Virus record (IMG/VR): IMGVR_UViG_3300042467_002204
Source: an uncultured virus (IMG/VR IMGVR_UViG_3300042467_002204)
Taxonomy: Duplodnaviria; Heunggongvirae; Uroviricota; Caudoviricetes
DNA: 64,000 bases
Strand: one strand, 5' to 3'
Positions 28,401-38,195 of this stretch are shown here, one piece after another; the stretch's first letter is position 1, and each line of letters starts with the position of its first letter. Made by a program: the position numbers and the translations under genes. The notes under the pieces are model-generated. The model ran no database searches and had not been told where the DNA came from. It worked only from the letters and a program-made list of their open reading frames with translations.

Positions 28401-28571
28401 TCAGATTTGACCCGAAGCTGCAACGATATTGTTCAACGTGCTCATGTCGGCACTGATGTTCGCCATGTCGGCGTTGTATTGAGCTTTTAACAAATCCAGT
28501 TCCTGCTTCAGTTGTTCAACTTCCTGTGTAGAAGAAGTCGAAGACCGACGGCGACCAAGAGGATTCGGCAT
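28401..28571 (-). CDS. small coiled-coil protein, 56 aa
   Basis: Hand-translated MPNPLGRRRSSTSSTQEVEQLKQELDLLKAQYNADM... Confidence 0.55.
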   Translation of the reverse strand: MPNPLGRRRSSTSSTQEVEQLKQELDLLKAQYNADMANISADMSTLNNIVAASGQI

Positions 28572-28575
28572 GAAT

Positions 28576-28746
28576 TTATTTATTCTTAGATTCAGTATAC
28601 TTCTTCGCTTTTTTCTTCGCCTTTACACGCTCAGGAAGATCGCCTTTAGTTTCTTTTTCATACTCCTCAACCTTGGCTTTAGATATTTCTCCCCGCTCAG
28701 ACATCGCGTAAAATTTGCGTCTTTGGCTATCTGACACAAAGGGCAT
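28576..28746 (-). CDS. small basic phage protein, 56 aa
   Basis: Hand-translated MPFVSDSQRRKFYAM...LPERVKAKKK; TATAAT upstream. Confidence 0.65.
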   Translation of the reverse strand: MPFVSDSQRRKFYAMSERGEISKAKVEEYEKETKGDLPERVKAKKKAKKYTESKNK

Positions 28747-28771
28747 AAAAACCTCTAACTGGTTTAATTAT

Positions 28772-28803
28772 AAAAAAAATCCCCGAGATTTTACCCTCGG
28801 GGA
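28772..28803 (-). terminator. intrinsic terminator after the scaffold gene
   Basis: CCCCGAG/CTCGGGG stem with T8 tail on the minus strand. Confidence 0.75.
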
Positions 28804-28831
28804 CTCCCACGTTTCTTCCGAACAGATTCTA

Positions 28832-29743
28832 TCAGGCTTGATCCAGGAAAAGAAGCTTGCTGCGGAAAGCTTCGGGACCCATTTGGCTCAGGTAGCGCCA
28901 AGCTTGTTCGGGGCTCTGATTCATGACTTGGCCAAAGCCTTGCCATTGGATTTGGGGATCAGCGCTAGGAGCGCCAGCACCAGCCGAAGCCGGAACAGCA
29001 GGCAGCTGGTCGTAGCGGGGCTGGTAATTTTCGGTAGGAGCAGTCTCATCCACGGGGTAAACCTCGGTAAAGAACCGATTGGTGTAATCGGCCAAATGAT
29101 CCGGGTCAGTGAGGATGGTCTCCATAGCCAGACCGCGAGCTGCAACATTCTCCAGCACCGAGTGCTGCTGAATCAGTGCATCCTCAAGCACCGTGGCATA
29201 CTGATTCAGAATGCCGGGAGCTTCAATGCCGAAGTGATTAACGACGGCGGTTGTTGCGGGACTTAACTGAGCGCTCTGTTGCGCGTCCGTAGAAGTCGGA
29301 GAGGAAGTTTGGGTCGTATACCCGTTGCTGTACGAGGTCGGCTGAGCCGATGGTGCCTGGTAAAGATACGGTTGGGCCAGTGAACTCTGACTGTACAGTT
29401 GAGTATCCGGCATTTGTGCCGGGCTCTGCTGATACTGTGCTGTCTGGCTGGGGGACGGGGAGAGGCGTGAGACCACCCGTTCCAAACTGCCCATCGCTGC
29501 TTCCCACGGATTGGACGGGGAGTAAGCCGACGGATACTGGCTGGACTGGTTGCTGGTAGAAGGGGCCGTAACCTGTTGTACCGGCGACGGCGCTTGGGGC
29601 ATAGTTGCCGAAGGCGCCCCCTGGGTAGTTGCCACCCATTGCGGGTAGGCGGTTGAGCCCATATCCGCCGAGGGAGCGGCCTGAGGGGCTGCTACCGCCG
29701 GGGAGACCGGGCTCGGGATCGAAGCTGGGATCTGCTGGCTCAT
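28832..29743 (-). CDS. probable capsid scaffolding protein
   Basis: 303 aa between portal and capsid genes; Q/S/P-rich N-half, helical C-half. Confidence 0.65.
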   Translation of the reverse strand: MSQQIPASIPSPVSPAVAAPQAAPSADMGSTAYPQWVATTQGAPSATMPQAPSPVQQVTAPSTSNQSSQYPSAYSPSNPWEAAMGSLERVVSRLSPSPSQTAQYQQSPAQMPDTQLYSQSSLAQPYLYQAPSAQPTSYSNGYTTQTSSPTSTDAQQSAQLSPATTAVVNHFGIEAPGILNQYATVLEDALIQQHSVLENVAARGLAMETILTDPDHLADYTNRFFTEVYPVDETAPTENYQPRYDQLPAVPASAGAGAPSADPQIQWQGFGQVMNQSPEQAWRYLSQMGPEAFRSKLLFLDQA

Positions 29744-31475
29744 AGCTGCCCGAGTAAGTCAGTTCTTGCGCAAGGTGGTCAAACGTCCTATAAAGCAAGG
29801 GCGTTAGGTTTAGCCGAGGATCAGCCGCTAAGGGCGTATTCGGCGCGAGTGGATGTGGCGCTTGCAACATCTGATTCAATAATAGTAGAAATTGCTGAAA
29901 AGCGCCCTGAGTTTGTTGAATCATTCGGAAGGGAAAACCCTTCAACATTTCTGCACGCTCAGTATCCGTTTTATCCGGGAACAAATACTTCAGAGCTTCG
30001 ACGCTATCAACACCAAGCTCCTGAAGATTTCGAACGACAATAGATTTTTGGTTGACGTCATAGGCGGTGTCTTCATAAACATCACCTTGGAACCTATAAG
30101 TAACTTCCCGATCACCATCAGGTGGTAGACCGAAAACACCACGTGGGACTTTGTTCTCGGTGACAGCAGTCTGAATAGCAACCGTAACTTGATCTTCGTA
30201 CTTATTAATTTTCTTTTGATACCTAGCAACCGACTCTTCTGTTTCTTCTTTAGGTGCGTTAGGGGGCAGCATCCCCATAACCTGAATGAAACTCTCGCGG
30301 AAAACCTGCTCTTGATGGTAGAGAATCATCTCCAACAACTTGCAGAATCCGTAGGTCAAGAAGCTCTTGTTTTTACGAAGAGCTGTCGCCTGAGCCCGAC
30401 CCATCAGACCCTTAATCTCCGTGGCAGTGGCACCAGCCGAGATCGAAATCTCATCGACTCCACCTAAAGCAGTACGAATCTCTTCACGCAGTAATAAAGC
30501 GTAACGATTCATGTCCCCGTTTACCGGGTCCGGAGTCATGTAGCCCACGCGGTCGGAGGGCTCGACGTTCGCAATAATCCGAGGAACTCTTAATCCACCA
30601 AGAGCGGAATTAGAGCCGAACGGTTCAGATACCCGAGTAGACGGAGAATCGATGCCACCAAAACCACTTTGACTGCTGATTGTGGGCCTGAAAGTTCGAT
30701 CAGCGTCAGATGCTTCGACAAGATCGCTACGTGGACGCGAACTAATCAGCGTGGGATTACCAAAGAACTCAATATTCTTCGCAATATTCGAAACCATCTG
30801 ATCATGAAGCACAATCTGCTCCATGAACGGTTCGAATTCTCCTTCGCCGTCTGTTCCGCTTGCGTTCGGCTTGTTTAAAACCTCAACCGCAGGAATAAAT
30901 CCAAGCGTGTTTGGACGCCTATTTTTTGGCGTTAAAACAGTGCCAGGGTCGAGCTCAAAACTTAATTCACTATTGGATTCAAACTCAGAAATTGTATCTG
31001 CAGTAATCGACAGCCTTACATAGCGTTTATTTTGCCCGTAAGTCTCTGAAGGCAACCCGAGAGCCGAATTGCGAACTTTATAGCTGTAGATAATGATTAC
31101 TTCTTCAATCTCGCCGTTAATATCGTGATAAACCCTGTACTGGTTTTTATTAAAGAAATAAATTTGATATTTGAGCTTTTCATCTGGACGGAAGTAGAAC
31201 AAACCGCAGCCGTCGATCAGAAAATTGCGGATAACGGCTGGAAAACGAATGTCCAGCTTGTTAAGCGCAATTAAATCCTGTAAAAACTTGTTTCGAGCTT
31301 TGTAGGTGTCTTGCTCGCAATAGAAAAACAGACCCTTCTTCATCATCAGCAGCGTCATTTGCTGCAAATGACTCAGAACAACCATAGTGGCCGCCTGTTT
31401 ACTGCGATCCTGAGTGCGAGCCGACTCTAGGATCTCATTAAAACGTTGACGGACACTAAGGTTGTCGGCAGGCAT
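29238..31475 (-). CDS. portal protein with low-complexity C-terminal extension
   Basis: FIPAVEVLN...GEGEFE...HD..SN...FFGNP motif of SPP1-like portals; position between terminase and scaffold. Confidence 0.75.
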   Translation of the reverse strand: MPADNLSVRQRFNEILESARTQDRSKQAATMVVLSHLQQMTLLMMKKGLFFYCEQDTYKARNKFLQDLIALNKLDIRFPAVIRNFLIDGCGLFYFRPDEKLKYQIYFFNKNQYRVYHDINGEIEEVIIIYSYKVRNSALGLPSETYGQNKRYVRLSITADTISEFESNSELSFELDPGTVLTPKNRRPNTLGFIPAVEVLNKPNASGTDGEGEFEPFMEQIVLHDQMVSNIAKNIEFFGNPTLISSRPRSDLVEASDADRTFRPTISSQSGFGGIDSPSTRVSEPFGSNSALGGLRVPRIIANVEPSDRVGYMTPDPVNGDMNRYALLLREEIRTALGGVDEISISAGATATEIKGLMGRAQATALRKNKSFLTYGFCKLLEMILYHQEQVFRESFIQVMGMLPPNAPKEETEESVARYQKKINKYEDQVTVAIQTAVTENKVPRGVFGLPPDGDREVTYRFQGDVYEDTAYDVNQKSIVVRNLQELGVDSVEALKYLFPDKTDTERAEMLKGFPFRMIQQTQGAFQQFLLLLNQMLQAPHPLAPNTPLAADPRLNLTPLLYRTFDHLAQELTYSGSYEPADPSFDPEPGLPGGSSPSGRSLGGYGLNRLPAMGGNYPGGAFGNYAPSAVAGTTGYGPFYQQPVQPVSVGLLPVQSVGSSDGQFGTGGLTPLPVPQPDSTVSAEPGTNAGYSTVQSEFTGPTVSLPGTIGSADLVQQRVYDPNFLSDFYGRATERSVKSRNNRRR

Positions 31476-31513
31476 TCGAAATTAGAACCTAAAAAAGGTA
31501 AATATGTAGCTTT

Positions 31514-31654
31514 TTAGCCTTTTTGCTCCATTTTGCGCTTCATTTTAGCTTTTTTAGCTTTATGAAGAGCCTCTTTGTGCTTTTCTTTTTTGTCTTCTGA
31601 AGCGTTTTTCTCCTCAAAATGCTTACGGAGACCTTCAGGCATACGATCAGCCAT
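31514..31654 (-). CDS. small Lys-rich protein, 46 aa
   Basis: Hand-translated MADRMPEGLRKHFEEK...KAKKAKMKRKMEQKG. Confidence 0.55.
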   Translation of the reverse strand: MADRMPEGLRKHFEEKNASEDKKEKHKEALHKAKKAKMKRKMEQKG

Positions 31655-32489
31655 TTGGAAGCAAATACTCTCTTACACGATCTATCTTAAACAATTCTGG
31701 AGGCAAAAGATCATGCGAATACGGAACTAAAACGTGATCTTTACGCCCTAACGGGTCAGTCCCACCGGCTTCTGGTTGATATTGCTCGATAAAATCAAGC
31801 ATTTCCTGGCTATAGGCGGGTGCTACAGCATTAGGGATGTCGTCATAGCAGTGAGAGAACGAAGTTACCTTACGTTTTTTACGATTTGCGTCGCCCATCC
31901 ACGAGAAATGCCAACCTGCATCGCAGTCTCCAACGATATAGTCGTTTGGATTGCAACGAATTTGTGAGAGAGTCTGCTCCAGATGCTCGTGGAGCACAAC
32001 TGTCCCACAAGTCCAGTTTGTCGGAGGTTTAGAGGAATCCTGTTCGGGATCAACAACCCTCAAATCCGCACGTCCATAAAACATAGGCATAGACAGTCGG
32101 ATACAACGCTCGGGATTTGCTGTTGCAAGTTCGACTGCCTCTAACAAAGCTGAAGGTTTTGGAATCTCGTCTACGTCACTAAAGAAGAAAACAGAATCCG
32201 GAGGCGTCATCCGCATACCCACAGCGAGTGCATCGCGCTGGGCGTACTCTCGCATCCAAGGATTAAACACTTCTTCGGGAGAAGGTAGTTCCACATGGAG
32301 AACCTGAAGTTTATCTTCAGGAAAACCAAGCTCACGAATTGTATCTACGCACGTAAAAGGCTTAGGATCGCCCTTAAATGTTCTGTTTGCGTCCGTAATA
32401 ATAAAACCGTCTACAACGTCTTTGAGGATGTTGTAGCGAAGCTCTAACAGCTCTTTTTCGTCAAAATAAAGAAAGCAATCAAAGAGCAC
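31647..32489 (-). CDS. glycosyltransferase, GT17-like (beta-1,4-GlcNAc transferase family)
   Basis: DCFLYFDE.ELLELR, VD.FII, W.RE..QR, SDVDEIP, GWHFSW. Confidence 0.85.
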   Translation of the reverse strand: MLFDCFLYFDEKELLELRYNILKDVVDGFIITDANRTFKGDPKPFTCVDTIRELGFPEDKLQVLHVELPSPEEVFNPWMREYAQRDALAVGMRMTPPDSVFFFSDVDEIPKPSALLEAVELATANPERCIRLSMPMFYGRADLRVVDPEQDSSKPPTNWTCGTVVLHEHLEQTLSQIRCNPNDYIVGDCDAGWHFSWMGDANRKKRKVTSFSHCYDDIPNAVAPAYSQEMLDFIEQYQPEAGGTDPLGRKDHVLVPYSHDLLPPELFKIDRVREYLLPNG

Positions 32490-32515
32490 GGTGCCGACAT
32501 TTAACTGTCAACATA

Positions 32516-32827
32516 TTAGCTCATAGATTGGGTAGGAGTTCCGCCTCCAGCTCTGAATTTGATGCCGTTGGAACCATTTTGCTGCGAAAGTGACTTACGG
32601 AGCATAAAACGTTTCATATCTTCTACACGACCATCATCTTCTTTATACGCACCGAATGCGCCGAACTTAGGAGGAACGGGACCACCAGTCGGTTGGGACG
32701 CAAGATCCGTGGCGTATCCGACATTTTCAACACCGGGCTGCTGCAGAAATTGTTGAGCATCCGCAGCTTGACTTTGAGCGTCAAAAGCCTGAGCGTAAAA
32801 ATTAGCGGCGCGACGGAACTGATCCAT
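32516..32827 (-). CDS. hypothetical protein
   Basis: 103 aa ORF. Confidence 0.6.
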   Translation of the reverse strand: MDQFRRAANFYAQAFDAQSQAADAQQFLQQPGVENVGYATDLASQPTGGPVPPKFGAFGAYKEDDGRVEDMKRFMLRKSLSQQNGSNGIKFRAGGGTPTQSMS

Positions 32828-32829
32828 GA

Positions 32830-33042
32830 TTAAGAGTTCTTTCTTTCAATGTACTTGGAAGCTTTACGTCTTGCCTCTTTAGCCTTCTCGGTATTGGAAA
32901 CTTGAGTATTTACAGGTTTCCCACGGGTTGCGGCTTTCTTTTTTTCATCTGTAGCACGGCGTTCTTCTGCGGATAAAGATGCCCACGCGGATCTAGGTAA
33001 ATATCGTTCGGTTCTTCCGCCTTCGCGAGCCAAATCAGCCAT
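32830..33042 (-). CDS. C-terminal half of a DUF5872-like protein
   Basis: ERYLP..AW..LS.EER.ATD.KK...QV.NTEKAK.AR; ATG at 33042 coupled by TAATG. Confidence 0.65.
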   Translation of the reverse strand: MADLAREGGRTERYLPRSAWASLSAEERRATDEKKKAATRGKPVNTQVSNTEKAKEARRKASKYIERKNS

Positions 33043-33464
33043 TACTGTATCGGACCTCCATAAAGCCATGCGTCACAAGTACGTCTGGATGCACACTTAA
33101 ACTTAAATAACTGACAATATCCTAAATCAGCTAGCTCTTGAACATCCAAAGGATCAGCAGCATGTTTCTCATTAATACCCTCAATAATGCAGCCGATAAC
33201 CCGTTCAGATTGGTCGAAAGCTGCGCAATTACCGCACAAAGCACTTTGAACATGCTCTATATCCGTATTCCATAGTTCAGCTTTACGTTCCCAAAAAGAT
33301 TTATCGGGGTAGTCTGGATTTAAAGGACCGTAAGCAAATTTTTCTATAGTCCAATTACGATTTTTTACGTTCTCTTCTACATTTAAAGTTGCCGAGGGAC
33401 AAGTAGAGGATTTTTGCGTAATTTCCTTCTCTAAAAAAACTTTAGATCTACTGGTGTGTTCCAT
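33042..33464 (-). CDS. Cys-rich conserved phage protein
   Basis: CP.AT...N.KNR, YGP.NP, CGNC.AF, GYC...FKC...RTCDAW. Confidence 0.7.
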   Translation of the reverse strand: MEHTSRSKVFLEKEITQKSSTCPSATLNVEENVKNRNWTIEKFAYGPLNPDYPDKSFWERKAELWNTDIEHVQSALCGNCAAFDQSERVIGCIIEGINEKHAADPLDVQELADLGYCQLFKFKCASRRTCDAWLYGGPIQ

Positions 33465-33468
33465 ATCG

Positions 33469-33636
33469 CTATCCAATTAATTCTCCTCTCATAAGTTGGG
33501 AAGCTGCTTTTCTTAACAAATTTTCTTTTACACTAGGAACTAACACTGCGTAAATATCCTTAAATTCAGGTAGACCACTTTTTTCTCGATAGGATTCACC
33601 TCCGGAAAGAGCGGTTATAAGAGTCGAAAGATCCAT
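33469..33636 (-). CDS. small hypothetical protein, 55 aa
   Basis: Hand-translated MDLSTLITALSGGESYREKSGLPEF...; TAAAAT upstream. Confidence 0.5.
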   Translation of the reverse strand: MDLSTLITALSGGESYREKSGLPEFKDIYAVLVPSVKENLLRKAASQLMRGELIG

Positions 33637-33661
33637 AGTGAGTTTTCTTTAATTTTAAACT

Positions 33662-33889
33662 TTATTTTTTAGATGATTCATATTCTTCCCGAGTCTGCCA
33701 GTCTTCCTTACCCCACCGAGTAAGTCTGTTGCTTTCCGATTTTTTACCTTCATAACGTCCACCCATATCTTTATAGTATTTTGTCGCGAGCTGCATAGCC
33801 CGAGCACTGTGGCCACCAAGCTTTTTCCGAGCTTTAGCTTTTGCTTGCGCCCATTTTTCAGGGTCGCGTTTTTTAGCGATTTCAGCCAT
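33662..33889 (-). CDS. N-terminal half of a DUF5872-like protein
   Basis: DPE.W, SARAMQLA...YK..GG.Y, L.RWGKEDWQT. Confidence 0.65.
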   Translation of the reverse strand: MAEIAKKRDPEKWAQAKAKARKKLGGHSARAMQLATKYYKDMGGRYEGKKSESNRLTRWGKEDWQTREEYESSKK

Positions 33890-34173
33890 TAGTAAAGAAC
33901 AAAAACGCCATTAACAGTACCACTTATTAATGCTGTACAGGCTACAGGGAATAATTCGTCACCCTGTAGGTTATTAACAGTAAGTTCTTGATTAGGAGCG
34001 TCAGCAAGTTCAACAACTAAAACATCTTTACCGGAATGACTTTTAGCTTCAATAAAGATTCCGCGACAGACGGGAAAGTTCTTTCTCCCAGACGCTGGAA
34101 GCCACTCAAATCCGCTGCCATAAGGAAGCGAAGAAGTTTGTCCGTATACACTTCCAAAAGCTTTAACGTCCAT
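33889..34173 (-). CDS. hypothetical virion protein
   Basis: 94 aa beta-rich ORF, translationally coupled. Confidence 0.6.
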   Translation of the reverse strand: MDVKAFGSVYGQTSSLPYGSGFEWLPASGRKNFPVCRGIFIEAKSHSGKDVLVVELADAPNQELTVNNLQGDELFPVACTALISGTVNGVFVLY

Positions 34174-34174
34174 A

Positions 34175-34453
34175 TCAACCGAGTGTTTCTAACAGTTTAA
34201 CAAGATATTCAACAGCTTTTTCTAAATCCTGTTTTCCGTTTTTTTGTTCCCACCGCCAGAGATATTTTTGTGCACAACCTTCAAGATAGCCTTGATACTT
34301 TACGAGCCCCATAGAAGCCCGTTGCACGTCGTAACACTCTAAACCTTCACGAACGTAGTAATTAGGTCGGACAGGATCTTCAACTGGGGTTGAACCAATA
34401 GACGACTCCTCCATTGTTTTCGACATACTTTCGTAACCGGTACGCATCTTCAC
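34175..34453 (-). CDS. DUF3310-like protein (putative nucleotide kinase)
   Basis: P.YY...LECYD, GYL.G...KYLWR...KNG.QDLEKA..YL. Confidence 0.75.
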   Translation of the reverse strand: MKMRTGYESMSKTMEESSIGSTPVEDPVRPNYYVREGLECYDVQRASMGLVKYQGYLEGCAQKYLWRWEQKNGKQDLEKAVEYLVKLLETLG

Positions 34454-34531
34454 GACTAATAGTCTCGCACTTACGGAAGTTTTTTAGCACATAACAGACA
34501 GAAACAAAAGCCGCCCCACGGGAGACCACGA

Positions 34532-35401
34532 CTAGAGATCGAACATCTCCTTACAGTCTAAAACTCCACCTAACTTTGTGTATAACTCTGGCGCGTATTT
34601 TGTGTCATCATGTTGTAACAAACACCAAGGATGCGGTTGATACACACCCTTCACCTTTTTAATTGGAACACACCGTCTGTGTTCATGCCCCGCAGGCAGA
34701 TTCTCAAAAGCTAATCCCATTGAGCTCCGATCCGCTATCGGCCAGTTACGCACCCCGACAAGTTCATAACTCTTGTGGGGATCGAAGCTCTGAGATCGGA
34801 TGTATTTATCTGCGTCCGTTTGATCCAGAATCATCGCTCCGTAATACGGATTAGCGACCTGAACAAACAAATCGAAATCGTGGCTGATAACCAAAATCTT
34901 CGGGACTTTAAATCCGATGTCGTGCCAGACGTTTTTAGTTTCTTTCGTTAGTGAATACTTTTGGTAGTTATCAAATGGAACTTTTTTACCTTTGAAGTTT
35001 TCATACCGAATAAAGCCGGGTTCTAATTTGTAACGAGCTAGCGGTTGCTTCCACCGGAGCCAGTAATGAAAACTTTCGACCGGAATGATCATGTCATTTT
35101 CTTGATAAATATAAAAATCTGCTTCTTTACGTAAAACAGCTGTAGCTAGATCGTTTTTATGTGCCCAAGTTAAATACCAGCCTTCATATCCTGGCGACGC
35201 CACAATCACTTCGGTTTTAAGCGAGCTAAAAGCCTCCAGAACAGTTTCTAACTGCTCCTGATCATTTTGAGAATCGTAATCAATATAGATTTTTACAGTG
35301 ATGTCGTACGGGTATTTACTGTAAGTATTTAAGACGTTTACAAGAGTATTAATGCGCTCTAAAGGCTTGTGGGCGGTTATGGCCAACCAAATTTTCTTCA
35401 T
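34532..35401 (-). CDS. putative glycosyltransferase (GT-A fold)
   Basis: N-terminal AITAH, IYID, DFYIYQEND (ExD) motif and C-terminal H; family uncertain. Confidence 0.55.
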   Translation of the reverse strand: MKKIWLAITAHKPLERINTLVNVLNTYSKYPYDITVKIYIDYDSQNDQEQLETVLEAFSSLKTEVIVASPGYEGWYLTWAHKNDLATAVLRKEADFYIYQENDMIIPVESFHYWLRWKQPLARYKLEPGFIRYENFKGKKVPFDNYQKYSLTKETKNVWHDIGFKVPKILVISHDFDLFVQVANPYYGAMILDQTDADKYIRSQSFDPHKSYELVGVRNWPIADRSSMGLAFENLPAGHEHRRCVPIKKVKGVYQPHPWCLLQHDDTKYAPELYTKLGGVLDCKEMFDL

Positions 35402-35448
35402 ACGCTCAGCCTAGAGTGACAGCACTTTAAAAGCAAAATCGAGACTCA

Positions 35449-36969
35449 TCAGTATTCGATAGAAAAATTTCCCCTCCTCTGTAAGAACGTAATCAACCAC
35501 GTGTAGCTGTCCAGCAGATCATCGTGTGCGGTCGAACCGACGTTAATCAACTGATCAAACAAGGCGTCGAACTTGCGGTATTTGTTGAAGATAACTTTTT
35601 TGTTTTCGAGCAATCCCAGTGTGCCGCGAAAACGTGCGATCTTATCTCCACGGAAGCCTTTGACCTCGTGAATATGGAGGTTGGTTAGCTCTCGTTCGTT
35701 CAATAAAACACGCCTTAAATCCGCCGCAAGCGAAGCCTGATACGCAACGGATTCGACCACAAGAGTCACCGTGGAATACGTAGGGAAATAAATATCGCCT
35801 TGTTTATTTAAGATCCCCCACTCCAACAACATGTCGCAAAGCAAATCAATTTTTTCTAGGTTTCCGATGCTTCTACATTGGTGCGAATCGATAATGTAAT
35901 ATTTATCTTTTAGTCTTCCACCAAGCACAAACGCGGTGTAGTCGCTGGTTTCGTTTTTACTCGCCGAGAGGTCGATACCGACGGCTAAGGTGTCAAATTC
36001 TGTTACAACCTCACCTTTAATAAGGAGATCTGGTGACACGACCAGATCCGAAGTCATGACGGGTTGCTGTTGATACTGGAACGCAAATGCGACCGGATCC
36101 AGCTCCTTTTGTCCAAGCAGATAATCCACGGACCACTGCTCTGGCCAGTACGAAACAGGTTCTCCTCGGTCGCTATAAGTTAGTGCTTCTTGAACAACCT
36201 GTTTCCATCCTTTTGAGGGGATAAACATAGTTTTATGAATATCCAACGGGTGGAACCGAGTTCCCAAACAGATAGCCCGCCCACCTTCAAAAATAATTGG
36301 CGCGATAACTGAGCTCCAGTTCTGAAGCATTTCGTCCCGAATAGCTGGGTTGCGAATATCTGTACTACTTTTAATAGGGTCATCTAGTAATACCAAGTGA
36401 GCCCGCTTACTGGTAATACTTCCACGCAGACCTGCTGCACGTAGAGTAAATTCTTCGTCACCAACACGAGGAATATCCGCGTAATCAAAATCAATCGACC
36501 AACCGATGTCGCTTTGCATCCCTGGCTTTAATCGGCACGACGGGAAGATTTTCTTAAAGGTTGAGCTGTCGACGATCTGCTTAATAATCCGGCTTTTTGG
36601 GATAGCCGTAGCAATGTTGTACGACGTGTAAATAATTTGAAGGGGCTTCTTTGCTGCCGTATGCCGACCGATACACCACGCGGTAAACAGGTTTAAACAC
36701 GTGGATTTGGCCGAACCACGCGGGCTGAGGATGTCAGTGTTTGGGCCAGCAATATCAAGCAGATAACGGTTACTCTCGCCAGTTATAAGTTCTCTGTGCC
36801 ACTCCAGCATATGTCGTGCAGGAGGTTTCTCAAAGAGAGTACAAAACGTATGAAAGTTATTTGATGCTCTGTTATATATCGAATCTACCGACTCAGAAAG
36901 TTCACCTTGCGCACGCAACGCATTCATTTGCGCTGTACGCCGATAAGCAAAACTTTCCCGACTAGGCAT
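35449..36969 (-). CDS. terL: terminase large subunit
   Basis: Walker A PRGSAKST, Walker B LVLLDD, GTRFH, YQQQP, nuclease GIDLS..DY..HDDLLDS. Confidence 0.92.
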   Translation of the reverse strand: MPSRESFAYRRTAQMNALRAQGELSESVDSIYNRASNNFHTFCTLFEKPPARHMLEWHRELITGESNRYLLDIAGPNTDILSPRGSAKSTCLNLFTAWCIGRHTAAKKPLQIIYTSYNIATAIPKSRIIKQIVDSSTFKKIFPSCRLKPGMQSDIGWSIDFDYADIPRVGDEEFTLRAAGLRGSITSKRAHLVLLDDPIKSSTDIRNPAIRDEMLQNWSSVIAPIIFEGGRAICLGTRFHPLDIHKTMFIPSKGWKQVVQEALTYSDRGEPVSYWPEQWSVDYLLGQKELDPVAFAFQYQQQPVMTSDLVVSPDLLIKGEVVTEFDTLAVGIDLSASKNETSDYTAFVLGGRLKDKYYIIDSHQCRSIGNLEKIDLLCDMLLEWGILNKQGDIYFPTYSTVTLVVESVAYQASLAADLRRVLLNERELTNLHIHEVKGFRGDKIARFRGTLGLLENKKVIFNKYRKFDALFDQLINVGSTAHDDLLDSYTWLITFLQRRGNFSIEY

Positions 36970-36988
36970 ATCAGTAAACTAACAGTGC

Positions 36989-37000
36989 TGCTATATTAAC
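36989..37000. promoter_or_regulatory. overlapping divergent -10 elements
   Basis: TGcTATATT on + for 37022 and TAATAT on - for terL. Confidence 0.5.
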
Positions 37001-37021
37001 CGTATTAACAGCCAACATCAA

Positions 37022-38194
37022 ATGGCAAAGATTCTTTGGTACGGAGATGCCTGCAGTAATACGGGGTTTGGTAGAGTAACACACAGTGTTCTAGAGCACT
37101 TGTGCAAACAACATGAAGTTCATGTGCTAGGAATAAATTATAGCGGAGATCCTCATACATATCCTTACAAAATTTATCCTGCGGCAAATGTCCACTGCGG
37201 AGACCGCTTTGGGCTTCCACGGGTGCCTGAGCTCATCGAGAAAATATCTCCTGACGTTATTATCTGCCTTAACGATATTTGGGTTGTAAATCAGTTCTGG
37301 GAACGAGCTCAGTTTCTGAAAGAAAAGCACAAATTTAAATTTTTAGCTTATTTCCCAATCGACAGCGAGCGTTACTTTCCAGACATGCTGTCGAATATCC
37401 CGCACTGGGATATGGCGATTACGTTCACGATTCCGTGTGCTCACCGAATTCTGTCTCACGGAATTAAGCCAAGCAAGATCGGTGTACTTCCCCACGGTGT
37501 CGATAACACCCGTTTTTACCCGATCGACAAAAAAGAAGCTCGCCGTCAACTGCGTCTGCCAGAAGACAAATTCATCATTTTAAACGCCAACCGCAACCAA
37601 CCCAGGAAGCGGATTGATCTAACGATTCAAGCGTTTGCGAAGTTTGCTGTTGATAATCCGGACGCGATGCTGTACCTGCACATGGGTACAAAAGACCTAG
37701 GTTGGGACGTCATGGCTCTGTTCCAACAGGAGATGAAGCGCCGTGGATTGGAGGACAGCAAGCGCCTGATCCTAACGTCGCAAAACATTAACTACACAGA
37801 CGCCCCACCGGATGAACTGCTGAACGTTATCTACAACGCTTGCGACGTCGGCTTAAATACCGCTGATGGCGAAGGTTGGGGACTGGTTAGTTTCGAACAC
37901 GCAAGCTGCAAAAAACCGCAGATCGTTCCTAATCACACGGCGTGTGCTGACATTTGGAAGGAGGCCGGTGCTCTCGCCAACATTTCTACATGGATCATCG
38001 ACAAAGATCTTGGAGTGGAACGCGGATTAGTCGACACTGACCACGTGGTTCAGCTCCTAGATGAGCTGCAAAGCAATCCGGACATTTACGAGGATGTGGC
38101 GCAAGCTTGCTATGACGTCACGCAACGATCGGAATACCGCTGGGAGCACATCGCTTCCGGTTTCTCTCAAGCTGTCGAAGACCTCCTGAGCTGA
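37022..38194 (+). CDS. GT4 (GT-B fold) glycosyltransferase
   Basis: TGFGRV, PHGVD, NRNQPRKR, YNACDV...EGWGL..FE. Confidence 0.9.
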   Translation: MAKILWYGDACSNTGFGRVTHSVLEHLCKQHEVHVLGINYSGDPHTYPYKIYPAANVHCGDRFGLPRVPELIEKISPDVIICLNDIWVVNQFWERAQFLKEKHKFKFLAYFPIDSERYFPDMLSNIPHWDMAITFTIPCAHRILSHGIKPSKIGVLPHGVDNTRFYPIDKKEARRQLRLPEDKFIILNANRNQPRKRIDLTIQAFAKFAVDNPDAMLYLHMGTKDLGWDVMALFQQEMKRRGLEDSKRLILTSQNINYTDAPPDELLNVIYNACDVGLNTADGEGWGLVSFEHASCKKPQIVPNHTACADIWKEAGALANISTWIIDKDLGVERGLVDTDHVVQLLDELQSNPDIYEDVAQACYDVTQRSEYRWEHIASGFSQAVEDLLS

Positions 38195-38195
38195 C

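Noticed and set aside
35449..36969. Intein or intron in the terminase
   Set aside because: The ORF is continuous, of normal length, and shows no splice motifs.
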